The translations under genes were made by a program, and so were the position numbers. From assembly GCF_009914755.1 (NCBI RefSeq), contig NC_060936.1: a stretch of 64,000 nucleotides of DNA. One strand, 5' to 3'. Below, in pieces: positions 24,933 to 37,115 of this stretch; position 1 is the stretch's first letter, and each line of letters opens with the position of its first letter. The stretch comes from the human T2T-CHM13v2.0 reference genome, Homo sapiens. The notes under the pieces are model-generated. The model did not search any database and was not told the DNA's origin. It saw only the letters and a list, made by a program, of their open reading frames with translations.

Positions 24933-26136
24933 CCTAGTTCTTTAAATGTTTAGTAGAATTCAGCCATGAAGCCATCCAGTCCTAGGCTTTCCTTTGAGGA
25001 GAGACCTTTCATTACTGATTTCATCTTCTTACTCATTATTGTTTTTTTCAGATTTTCTATTTCTTTATGAATCAGTCTTGGCAGATTGTATGTGTTTAGA
25101 AATTTATCCATCTCCTCTAGGTTATCCATTTTGTTTGTGTATAAGTTCAGAGAAGTGTCCTATAATTCTTTGTATTTCTATGGTATTGGTTGTAAGGTCT
25201 TCCTTTTCATTTCTGACACTTATGTGAGACTTCTCTCTTTTTTCTCAGTCTAGCTAAAAGTTTGTATATTTTTTTTTCAGAAAAACACCCTGTTTTTATA
25301 TTTTCTATTGTTTTTTAAGTCTCTATGTTATTTATTTGTCATCTGATATTTCTTATTTCCTTCCTTCTACTAACTTTGCACTTAAATTGTTATCCTTTTT
25401 CTAGTTATTTGAGGTAAAATGTTAGGTTGTTTAATTAGGGTATATATATTTTTTCAGTGTAGGCATTAATTGCTATAAAGTTCCCTTAGAACTGCTTTTG
25501 CTGCATCCTATACATTTTGGTATGTTGTGTTTCTATTTCCCTTTGTCTCAAGACATTTTTGAAGTTCCCTTTTAATTTCTTCTTTGGCCCATCAGTTGTT
25601 TATGAGCATGTTGTATAAATTTTACATTTTTAAAAATTTTCCAAGATTTCTCCTGTTACTGATTTCTAGTTTCATACCATTATGGTCTTAAACAATGCTA
25701 GATATAAGTTAAATCTTTTCATATATTTTAAGATTTGTTTTGTTGCCTAACATATAATATCGTCGAGAATGTTCCATGTGTACTTGATAAGAATGTATAT
25801 TCTGCTTCTGTTGGATGGAATGTTCTGAATATGTCTTGTTAAGGCCAATTGTTCTAAAGTGTAGTCCAAGTTTAATGTTTCTGTATTGATTTGTTTTTTC
25901 TGGATGATCTGTCCATTACTGGAAGTGAGGTATTGAAGTCCCCTACTATTACTATATTGCAATCTATCTCTCTCTTTAGAGGTATTAATATTAATATTTG
26001 CTTTGTATATTTAGGTGCTCTGATGTTGGATATATATATTATATATATAATTATTATATCCTCTTGATGAATTGACCCCTTTACCAATATATAATGACCT
26101 TCTATGTCTCATTTCATGGTCTTTTACTTAAAGTAT
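24933..26136 (-). mobile_element. Old L1MA ORF2 fragment
   Basis: ORF 25872-26087 reads MVKGSIHQED...IVGDFNT. Confidence 0.85.
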
Positions 26137-26501
26137 TGTCTAAGTCTGTTTTGTACTGCCATAACCAAATAACACAGATTGGATAATTTATAATAAACAG
26201 AAATATATTGACTTACAGTTCTAGAAGCTGGGAAGTTTTAGATCTAGGGGCCACATATGGCAAGGGCCTTTTAGCTGTGTCATCCCATGCCAAAAGGGCA
26301 AAGAGAGAGTGAGAGAGAGTCAGAGAGACCATGACATCAAACCCACAGCCTCAAACTCTTTTATCATCAGCATTAATCCATTTGTGAGCAAGTAACCTTC
26401 ATGACCTAAATGTTTCCCATTAGGCCCCACCTCCCACAACTGTTGCATTAGGATTTATTTTCCAACTAATGCTTTGTGGGGGACATACTCAAACCATAGC
26501 A
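26137..26501 (-). mobile_element. MSTC-like MaLR LTR
   Basis: TGTCTAAGTCTGTTTTG...CAGCCTCAA...CATTAGGCCCCACCTCCC...AAACCATAGCA. Confidence 0.8.
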
Positions 26502-28087
26502 TCTCATCCCTAGCCCCCCAAATGTATGTCATTCTCACTTGCAAAGTACATTCATTCCATGCCAATAGCCCAAAAGTCAACTAATTCCTGCATCAACTCA
26601 AATAAAGTCCAAAGTTTCATCTAACTCAGATACGGGTGAGACTTAAGACATATTTGCCTTGAGGCAAATTTCCCTCTAGCTGTGAAACTGTGAAATTAAA
26701 CAATTACATGCTTCCAAAATAATGAGACAGGCATAGAATAGACATTCTCATTCCAAAAGAGAGACATAGTCAAGGAGAAAGGGGAAACTGATCCCAATTA
26801 AGTCCAAAACCCAACTGGGTAAACAACATCAAATTTCAAGGCTGGAGAATATTCTTCTTTGAATCAATCTCTCAACTTCTGGGCACACTGGGGTGGGGGT
26901 CGCCCCCCCTCCAAGACCTCCATCAGCCTCACCCCTATGGTTTTGCTGAACTTAGCCCATGCAACTGGTCTCAGGCATTGGGCGTCTCATGCCTGCAATT
27001 CTCCCAGACTGGAGTTGCATGCTGGTAGTTTGACCATTCTGAGTTCTCTGCAAGTGACCCTAACCCCACAGTTCTTTCGGGCATTGCTCTAGTGGGGACT
27101 CTGTGCAGCAGCTCTGCCTCTCTGACAAGTCTCTGCCCGGGCCTCAAGTTTGTCTATGACATCCTTTGAAATTTAAGTGGAAGAAATCATGCCTCTGCAA
27201 CTCATACTCTCTGAGCCTGCAGAATTAGCACCACCTGAACTTTGTCAAAGTTTACTGATTGTGCCACCCTCCTGAGTGGTAGCCTGAACTGCTCCTGGGC
27301 TGGCTTGAGGCTTGGGCTTGGATGGTCCAGGATTGCTGCACTGGAATTCAAGGACAAACACTTAAGGCCACACTGGGCAGCAAATGCTGAGTTCCCATAG
27401 ACACCCCTCTGGAAACTTTGCCCTCAAGGTTTTAGCTTGCCTCAAATATCTCTAATATGCCTTTTGGGTCATTTTTTCCATTTCTTTGGTAAATAGAATC
27501 TGGCTCCCATCTACCCAATATTAATCTCTTCAGCAAAGAGTCACTTGGTCACAACCTTGGTATTATTTCCTGAACATGCTTTTTTTTTGCTTTTTATATG
27601 GCAGCCTGAGAGTTTGTAAATCTTTCCATCCTGCTTCCCTTTTAATTATAAATTCTGTATTTAAATCATTGCTCTCCCCTCAAATTTTACTATATGCAGT
27701 TACAAAAAGCCACTGAGCACCCTAAATGCTTTGCTGCTTGCATATTTGTACCAACAGATATCTTAGTTTATTGCTCTTAAGTTGCGTCTTTTATAAAGCC
27801 CTTGGGCATGGACACAGTTCAGCCTAGTTCTTTGCCACTTTACAACAAGGATGGCCTTTCCCCCAGTTTCCAGTACTTTTTTCCTCATTTCTTTCTAACA
27901 CTATCAGAGTAGTCTTCACTGTCTATATATCCACGAGCATTCTGGTCATGACCAATTCAGTAATCTCTAAGAAGTTTCATACTTTCCCTACAGTTCTCTT
28001 CTGAGGCCTCAACAGAATCACCCTTAATGCTCCATTTATGGCAATACAAGCATGTTTTTAACACTCACTTCAAAACTGTCCCATCTT
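26502..28087 (-). mobile_element. MST/MLT1A-type internal region; second LTR missing
   Basis: Degenerate homology to the MaLR internal region at 51097-52664. Confidence 0.75.
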
Positions 28088-28230
28088 ACCACAAAAGTGA
28101 CAAATATATGAGATAATCGATATGTTAATTAGCTTGATTCATTTCATAATGTACAAATATATCAAAATATAACAATGTACATTTTAAACATATATAATTT
28201 TGTTAATTATATCTTAAAGCTGGGGAAAAT
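28088..28230 (+). mobile_element. L1MA9/L1MB-like 3' terminus
   Basis: ATATGTTAATTAGCTTGATT...ATATATCAAAA...AAAGCTGGGGAAAA. Confidence 0.65.
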
Positions 28231-28647
28231 ATTTTTAATTGTTAGAACTACATAAGAAATTAACAAATATCTTTTTAAAAAGGGAAAAAATTATAGCTTA
28301 AAGAACCAGATAAAAAAAGTAAATGCTCTAAGGGAGGGAGGGACCTCTGTGGTTATGGCATCTGGATTTCATAAGGGCCGGGGTGAGAGGGTGGTCAGGG
28401 GTCTAGAGACAGAAAGAAACCTATCCAGAGTTTAATCAAGCTGAGGGAAATATTTAGCCTGTCTTGGTCAGTAATTTTAATTTTAACAGCTATCACCAGA
28501 TTATTTTACCAAAGATCTATAATAATTCACATTTCACCATTTTTCCATCTTCTCAACATTAGAAATACTACATCTTATTTTACATGTTTACAGTATAATA
28601 GGAAAACAGTGATACTTCATTACGTTTAAATTTGTATTTTCACAACT

Positions 28648-28738
28648 ACATGTGTACATATGTAACAAACCTGCACGTTGTGCACATGTACCCTAAAACT
28701 TAAAGTGTAATAATAATAATAGAAAAAAAGAAAAAAAG
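28648..28738 (+). mobile_element. Tiny L1PA3-5-like 3' end
   Basis: ACATATGTAACAAACCTGCACGTTGTGCACATGTACCCTAAAACTTAAAGT followed by an A-rich tail. Confidence 0.9.
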
Positions 28739-28919
28739 TCTGAATATCTTCTGCCCATTTGATTATATATTTTTGTGAATATCATATCTGTCCACTTTGT
28801 CTTTTTTTGGTTAGTGTGGGTTTTTTTGCATGTTAAAAAGTTGTTTATTAACTTTTATCTTAAGATTTTTGACATACAATTATTTATACATTTAATATTT
28901 TGGTTAAAATATCTTCCTA

Positions 28920-29460
28920 ATGATTGCCTGGGGGAAGGGTGAGAGGAGAGAGGATTAGCTGCAGAGGATCAAGAGAAAATCTTTTGGGATGGTGGAAATA
29001 TTCTATATCTTAATTATTATAAGGGTTACATGAACATATGTATTCATCAAAACCCATCAAACTATACGCTTCAATTGGGTGGGTTTCATTATATGTAAAT
29101 TCTACCTCCATAAACCTGGGGTGCGGGGACTAACAGAAAAAAACTCTTAGCAAATGGTACAATTAAGGCTAATTTTATATATCAAATTTTATATCAAAAG
29201 AAAAATCCAGTGAATGTTGACCTCTAGTTAACAATTTGCATACTGAATATTTATGAGATTTATTGATTTCTTCAGTCAACTTTGAAATGCATGGAAAATA
29301 AAATAAACTGATGGATGGATAAAGGAATGGGTAGGCAGACAGATATTGATAAAACAAATAAACTACTGATGTTAGATCTAAGTGGTGGTTATATAAATGT
29401 TTGCTGCAAACTTTTTCAACCTTGCCATAGGCTTGAAAATTTTGAGAATAAATTTTATAA
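28920..29460 (+). mobile_element. L1MD/ME/MC 3'UTR fragments
   Basis: GGAAATATTCTATATCTT...CATCAAAACCCATCAAAC; CTTTGAAATGCAT...GATGGATGGATA. Confidence 0.6.
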
Positions 29461-29480
29461 TTAAAATATCTCTCAATACT

Positions 29481-29787
<307 letters not shown>

Positions 29788-30049
29788 TCAATACTTAGGT
29801 TGCTATATAGTATACTATAATTTCTTCTAAAATTTACTGCTTTATATAATAAGAAGAATTCTAAGATATTCTCAAGATTCCTCACCTCTGGCATACAATG
29901 ATCATCTAATCAGTTATCAAATCAAACAGGAATCTAGTTGCTGCTGTGATGGAATTTTCAAGGTATAGTTAGTGTTCCAAATCAATTAATCTTTCAGATA
30001 GGGAGATGATCTTCAGTGGGCCTCAGGTGAGTCCTTTTAAGGTTCTTCA

Positions 30050-30858
30050 TGGCTCCAGTGCTGGTGCAACTGTTCAGCAATGTCATGAGGACCTATGTTC
30101 CTACTATACCATCTTTGGTATAATGGTTTAATCTTATAAAAGAATTAAGACAGATAACAGAGTAATACAGTTTCCTTCATTTCTTTTCCCTTTTCCCATG
30201 CCATTTTCCCCCTTCCTCTCTCCTGAAGCTTTGTTGACAGACAAACTTCAAGGCTTAGAAAAACAGCTCTCCAAACACTCTTCTGGGATTTCACTGATGA
30301 GCAAGAGGTGTGAACAACAGAAGCAAAAACACAACCAGAATAATCTCCAAGAAATCCGATGAAAAATGCAACCTGATCCAAACCAAAGTACCCCGTACTT
30401 TCCCCTTCTTCATTAGCCAGTACAGCTACAATCTTACTTTGATCTGGGGAGTCACCCATTCTTGAGATACTCACTGATTATTTCAGATGAATAAAATCTC
30501 GTAATTCCATATGTCACTTAGGCTATTTTTTTCATTGAAAATCATCACTTTATAGTTGCAAGATGGTTTCCATATTCCCCAACAGGGTATGCAATGACAA
30601 TGTTTAGGGGCAGAGGAAGTGTACCTCCTGTGTTTATTTTTATTGGGGAAAAAATTCTTTCCCAGAGACTGAGTCAGACTTCTCTCTCAGATCCCTGTGG
30701 CCAGGACTGAGTCACATTCTGATGTCCTGGTGCAATGAAAGCCAGAAAGGTGATTATATGGTATTTTTAGCTTCTTTAATGGGAGTTAAGTCAGCAAGGA
30801 AGAAATCCTGGGGATGGGAAGAATGGCTGCAGAGCATACAGCCAACAGTGTGTAGCAC
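30050..30858 (-). mobile_element. MLT1K/L-like LTR, interrupted at ~30139-30549
   Basis: TCAGCAATGTCATGAGGACC; GTTGCAAGATGG; CAGACTTCTCT...TGGCCAGGACTGAGTCACA. Confidence 0.55.
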
Positions 30859-31819
30859 ATTTTTTCAGAATATTATTGAACATGTCATATCATCTAAAGT
30901 AGTCAGGATGTTCAATTTTATAGGTTTCTGAACACTCACAATTTTTTAAGCAGCTCCTCTTGAATATTTTGATTGTAATAAAAGGATATTTCCAGTAGAG
31001 CCAAATTTCCAGTAGAATCAAATGTTTTAACATATATAACAGAATATTTTCCTTTCTAAAAGGCAGTTTGAGGAAAGGCACAGAGAGATTCTTCATATGA
31101 AATTATGCTGGCTTGCAGTGCTGGAGCAAAACAATCAGTATCAAAACACAGAAAGTATGTTACCAAAAGTGAAACCAGATGATTAATTTGTATCTTCATA
31201 GCACCAATAGTAAGGGCCTTGTGCTAGTCCTGGACCCAAACTAGGAACCCCACAACAAAGACTCTTCTTCTATTTGTGTTTTGCAAGGGTGTGTTTCTGT
31301 TCAGGTCAATATCCATCACAGGTACCTCACTAGCAAAATAAGCAGTGTTGCTAAGCGACAGGAAAAAAATGATGTTTGAGAAAGCCATCTCTTTGAAACA
31401 ATAGCTGACAAGAGAGCTGTTGCTAAGTGCCATTTAGCATGCATATCAAACTGAACCTTATGATCATCTGCAGTTAAATGTGTCATGCCACTCTGCACCG
31501 ATAAGGTTTTTGAAATGGAAAGAAAGGAGATAAAACATGGACCTTTTCTCATGCTACAGATCCATTTTCCCTAGATGGCCTAAAGAGGATGACTAGTTGA
31601 TGGTTCTCACATACTTATGTATTCTGAGGCATAAGTGCTAATCGATTATCATCATTACAGTTTTTCATCAGGGAGCCTTTTCCTGCCTACATAGAAATTA
31701 TAGATACAAGGAGAGAAAGATAAATACGGGGACACAGTAATATGTAAATATAGGATATTGAAAACTTACTGTTACAGTAATGATATATAAGAAACCACCT
31801 CAAAACTCAGTGATTTAAA

Positions 31820-33098
31820 AAAAAATAACCTTGACTTTACCTCACATCATATATAAAAATTAACTTGAAATGGGTCTTTGAGCTAAAAGTATGATCTATA
31901 CTTGTAAATCACCTAGAAGAAATCATAGAATATCTTTTGTGACTTTAGGGTAGGAAAATGTTTCATAGATGGGACACAAAACTATAGACCATAAAAGAAA
32001 ATAATTAAACTGAATTGTATCAAATTTTTTTTCATCTTCTGTTTGGAAGATACTGATGAGAAAATCAAAAGACAAGTCACAGGTTAGGAGGAAATATTTG
32101 CAAAACATATATCTGATAAAAGGCTGGAATTCAGAATATATAAAAACCTTACAAAACTCAATAATAAGGAAACAATCAATTAGAAATAGGCAACAGATTT
32201 TAACAAATACTTCGTCAAAGAAGATTAAAAACTTTAAATATGGATGGCAAATAAATTTATGAAAGAAGCTCTACATTGTTACTTTTTAGAGAAATCTGAA
32301 TGAAAAACCTAATGAGATGCCACTTTACACCTACAGCAATTACTAAATAAACCAAAACAAGGACAGCCCCAACCCCCTAAATTTGACATTACCAAGAGCT
32401 ACTGAATGTACAGAGTAATTTGAACACTCATACATTGTTGGTAGAATGTAATGTGGTTCAGTCACTCCATAAAACAGCTTGGCAATTTCTTACAAACATA
32501 CACTTGACAAACAACTCAGCAATCCTACTCCTCAGTATTTACCTAAAAGAAATAAAATGGTATGCCCACACCAGAACACACATGTAAATATTGCTAAGTA
32601 GCTTTAATCTTAATATCCCCCAAATGTAAACAACCCCAATGTCTATCAGCTGGTGAATGGTAAAAAATAAGAACAACAACAACAATGACAAAAATAAAAC
32701 CACGACTGTGTTAAATACATATAACATATAAATACATACTCAGAGATCAAAAGAACATACACGCAAAGACATAGATACATCTCAAATGTGTTATGCTAAA
32801 TGAAAGAAGCCAAATTAAAAAAAAACCTTCATACTATATGATTCCATTACTTTGACTGTTTGGAAAATTGAAAACTACCAGGTACAGAAAACCAATCAGT
32901 AGTTGCCAGGGACTAAGAGTGAGGGGAGGCAATTGGCTGTAATGGGGCACAAGGGAATGTTGAATGTTGATAGAAATGTTTTAAATCTTTATTGTGATGG
33001 TGATCATGTAACTGTACATACTTCTCAAAATGCATAAAACCCTATACCCAAAACGGGTGAATTTATTTACTACAACACTGTATCTCAGTAATCCTGAC
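31820..33098 (+). mobile_element. L1MC/MD ORF2 end and 3'UTR, inserted in an MLT1 LTR
   Basis: ORF2 C-terminal homology and 3'UTR motifs; MLT1-like flanks at ~31765-31815 and ~33100-33480. Confidence 0.75.
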
Positions 33099-33490
33099 CC
33101 CTTAAAGCAACAAAAACAAAACTTATTTATTTATAATCATTTATTCTCACAGATCTGCTGGTCATGTGGAGAAATTTTGCTTCAGATTGAATTACCAAGA
33201 AGTCTCTGCTTTCTATTGTTCATTTACTCATAACCAATGTGCTAGCTTGGGCATATGTCCTATTTTGGCGTAGGCATTATTAAAGTTCCTGCTTTCATAA
33301 GTTCTCCTGCCATCTCACTAGCTAAAGCAAACACTTCAAGAGCCTAAAGCGAATGATAGGAGATAAAATTCATGAAAATGCAAAATTGCACAGCAAAGGC
33401 CTAGATACAGGGAAGGGTGAAGAAGTACTGCCAGCAATTCAATACCTAAGCCAAATTGGTCATGCATGATTCTAAGGAGCCAATGGTGAA

Positions 33491-33881
33491 TTCTATGTTT
33501 TGGATGTAATTTACCACAACTCATGTTGAAATTTGACTCCCAATGTGGCAATGTTGGAAGGTGGGGCCTAGTGGAAGGGGTTTGAGTCATTGGAGCAGAT
33601 CCCTCACAAATAGATTAATGCCATCTTGTGGAGTTCTCATTCCAGTGGATTAGTTACCATGAGAGTGTGTTGTTCCTCCTTATGTTTGATCTCTTTGCAC
33701 ACGCCTGCTTGCCTTTCTACTTGTCTACCACAACTTGAAGCAGCACATGGCCCTCACCAGTTGCCTGTACCATGCTCTTGAACTTTCCAGCCACTGAAAT
33801 TGTGAGTTAACTAAACCTCTTTTCTTATAAATTACCCAGTGTTAGATATTATGTTATGGCAACACAAAACAAATGAAGACA
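33491..33881 (+). mobile_element. MSTB-like solo LTR
   Basis: CATGTTGAAATTTGA...GGTGGGGCCTAGTGG...ATAAATTACCCAG...AAGACA. Confidence 0.8.
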
Positions 33882-34770
33882 GTAAAAAAGGGTTGTCATC
33901 AATAATTAAATAACGGTGACATAAGCTAATTTCCCACAACCACACTAAGAGGTTATAATGAAAACAAATATCAGGCCAAATTTTACCATACATACTGAGA
34001 GTTAGTGAATAAATATTCTTTAGAAGAAGGAAGAAAAGTTTATGTAACTTCTCCTTTCAGTGGGATAAGTCCTCATTTCCTTATCTCATTTTTTTTGGTA
34101 CTGATCTGATGTTGCATGAGCAGTTTACTTGAGTCAGGTATGGTAATATTCTAGATATAGGAGTCTATACCCTTAGAGATGACATATAATTATCATCGGC
34201 CAATCAAAATCCTTCATGCCAATAGATGGACAAAGGATTGTTTAAAAATCAAGGCCAAAGCAGTTCTCTCAAGTTTGCAAGCTACAGAACTTGCTAGATG
34301 CATACGGTCTGTTCAATTAATGGTGCAGTGGTGCATTTAGACAATTATAATATGCCTAAAATATTTCAGCTAATCTACTTATTTTTATTATTGCTGGTTT
34401 TGCCATGAGACTTCACTTCCATATTCATTATGTTAATTAGCAAGACACTAATTTCACCAGTGAATCACTGTATCTAAAATTGAATTGTAAAATATGTGAC
34501 CAGAAATAATGATTAATAAAATAATGAAATATGTGTATTTCTTCTGAAATGAGGCTTTTCTGAATGAAGAGCAAGTGACAATCCCTAAAATGTGAATCCC
34601 TGATTATAGCAATTGGCAACACCTAAGGTTTAGCTAGCCTAACATTAACAATACATATAAAAATCACAATGTCTATGCTGTAGTACTTCAAAGCAAATGA
34701 TTCAGAAGATGTTTTTTGAGAGCCTCCAGGTAAACTGGTGTTCCAATACCAGAGCAGCTAGTAACTTTGC

Positions 34771-35436
34771 CCTAACGGGAAATCAAGTGAGGCTGAATGT
34801 GTGTGTCTGCAGTGTGCCTTTCTCAGGATACTTCCTTTATCTGACGGACAGCCTAATGCCTGGTTGTCTGACCCACGCCTAGTTTATGTCTGTCAGACCA
34901 TCACTCTGCAGCTGGGAGACTGACCTTCTGTTCTCCCCACATCCTCAAGAAAACCAGGCCTGGGGAAGCCCCTAATTCTTCACATGGAAGGCACAAATTA
35001 AATAGACCAACCCAATAAAAACAAGTTTAAAGATTTTACTTACAGATCCTGAGCAAGGAGGATGCTGTAAGTTGGGAGGGTAGTCCTCCCTCCCTGGGGC
35101 CTGTGAGGCAGTAATGAAGACTCAAGCAAAGAGAGAGAGCCAGAGGGAGAGAGAGACAGAACGAACCAGTGGTATACGTAAGGGAATAGGGTGTGGATCA
35201 CTTTAAGTTCTCAGGCAAATGCCTGAATGATCCCTTTAAATGGCAGGAAAGTGGGGAGCCCAACATGCAAGGCAAGAGAGATGCGTCTAAGTTCTTGGTC
35301 TTTGGACACCAGCTTGAGCCCATTTGTTTGTGGTTAGAACTGGAATGGTGACTAAGCTCTGTCTCTGGTATGAGAAAGTGAAACTTTTATTCAAAATGGA
35401 TGCCAAGGCAACATAAAATTATAAGCATTAGTTACA
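34771..35436 (-). mobile_element. ERVL-type solo LTR (MER54-like)
   Basis: Minus strand starts TGTAACTAATGCTTATAATTTTATGTTGCCTTGGCATCCATTTTGAATA; the family name is recalled and uncertain. Confidence 0.6.
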
Positions 35437-35499
35437 AAATGTTTATATCAGTATTATTACAAAATAAATATCCAACAATAGAAGAATAAATTAAGTCAT

Positions 35500-35800
35500 A
35501 TTCCCATAATACAGTATATAATATTTTGAATATTACAAAACAAAGAATACACAGATATGTTGATTGAAAGAAGCCTGTCGATTCAATTAATATGAAGTTC
35601 AAAAATTGGTGGACATAATTTGTGGTGATAGATATTTGCGGTGGGTTGAGTGTGGTATCGACTGCAAAGTGAGAATAAGAAAACCTTCTGGGTGATGGGA
35701 ATATTATTTATCTAAGCACAGGTGACTATTTCCAATGTATATCCATACATAAAACATTATCAAGCAGTTCACTTATAGCTAAAATATTTTGAGTAAATTA
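35500..35800 (+). mobile_element. L1ME-like 3'UTR fragment
   Basis: ATATGAAGTTCAAAAA...CCTTCTGGGTGATGGGAATATT. Confidence 0.55.
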
Positions 35801-36824
35801 CATAACACTAATATAAAACTATTTACCTGTAATATCAAGTCCAATTCTGTTTTCAGTGGCCACATATGTATATAATAAATATATGAATATAAATTAGACA
35901 GAGAAGCAGCTATCCCTTCAGAACCATATTCTGGAATTCACGGGAATATTGGAAAGCTGTTCTCACCATCCACCTATCTACATCTTCCCCCCTCTGCCTC
36001 ATTCTTGACTGCAGTTATATTTGATGAACTCGTCATCCTGTAAGTAGCAATACAAATACCGACTTCTTTGTAGTTATATCTGACTATTCTCAAATCTCTT
36101 ACCCATCAGAATTGATTGTCTCAAACTCCGTGTTCTTGTAGTGATTTTTTAACATAATTTTGTCAGGTTAATTATTTAATAAGAGGTTTTTTTCATATGT
36201 GCTTACTCCCTCAAAAGATTATGAAGGTCTAGAATTGTATTTGACATACAATTTTCATCCTCCAAAACACAGACCGTGCCTGCACATGATCCTGTCTGTA
36301 TTCAAAAAACAAATTATTTCTCTCTTCACCTTACAGAAACTCATAGAAATGGTTACTCTTTTGAGTTTATGAGTCTACTCTCTGTGTTCTATGGTGACAG
36401 AAAACTGAGCTTTTGTTTTTCAATGATATGTACTTTGGTTATCAATATCTTCATTGTACTATGGTAGGCATCATTTAGTAGGCTATCTATTTGTCTTCAC
36501 TGGAATCCTTCCAGTTCTTTTACTATTAATGCCTTATGTCAGAAATTCTTCATCAATTGCCTAAACAGTAGCGATGGCCTCCTAATTGATTGTTCTGTAT
36601 CTAATCTACCCTCAACTGCCGTAACCTTCATGAGCTCTACAAGCCATTCTTAACACTACAGAATAAAGATCTTTCTAAAGTGGTTGCTGAACTAAATGAC
36701 CTTCCTACTTATTCCCATAGTAGCACTTATAACAACATATCCTACCTTTTTGTTGCTTGTCTACATTCAGCAACACATAATAATTCAGATAAGGAACTGT
36801 GTTTTCTTTAATATTCTATACCTA

Positions 36825-37115
36825 TGATAATTCCCAGTGTCTATTGTTGCCATCTTTATGTTTATGAGTATCCAATGTTTAACTCCCATGTATAAGTGAG
36901 AACATGCAGTATTTGGTTTTCTGTTCTATCAGAAGGGGGAGAGAGGGCAGGGGACAAGGACTAAAAAACTAACTGTTGGATACTATGTTCACTACCTGGG
37001 TGATAGCAGCATTCGTACTCCAAATTCTCAGCATCACCCAATATACTCATGTAACAAGTCTATAAGTGTATTCTCTGAATCTAAAATGAAAGTAGAAATC
37101 ATAAAAAAGAAAAAT
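36825..37115 (+). mobile_element. Short 5'-inverted (twin-primed) L1PB/L1PA16-like insertion
   Basis: Inverted piece 36825-36926, forward piece 36927-37115; exact 14-bp TSD ATATTCTATACCTA at 36811-36824 and 37116-37129. Confidence 0.88.
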
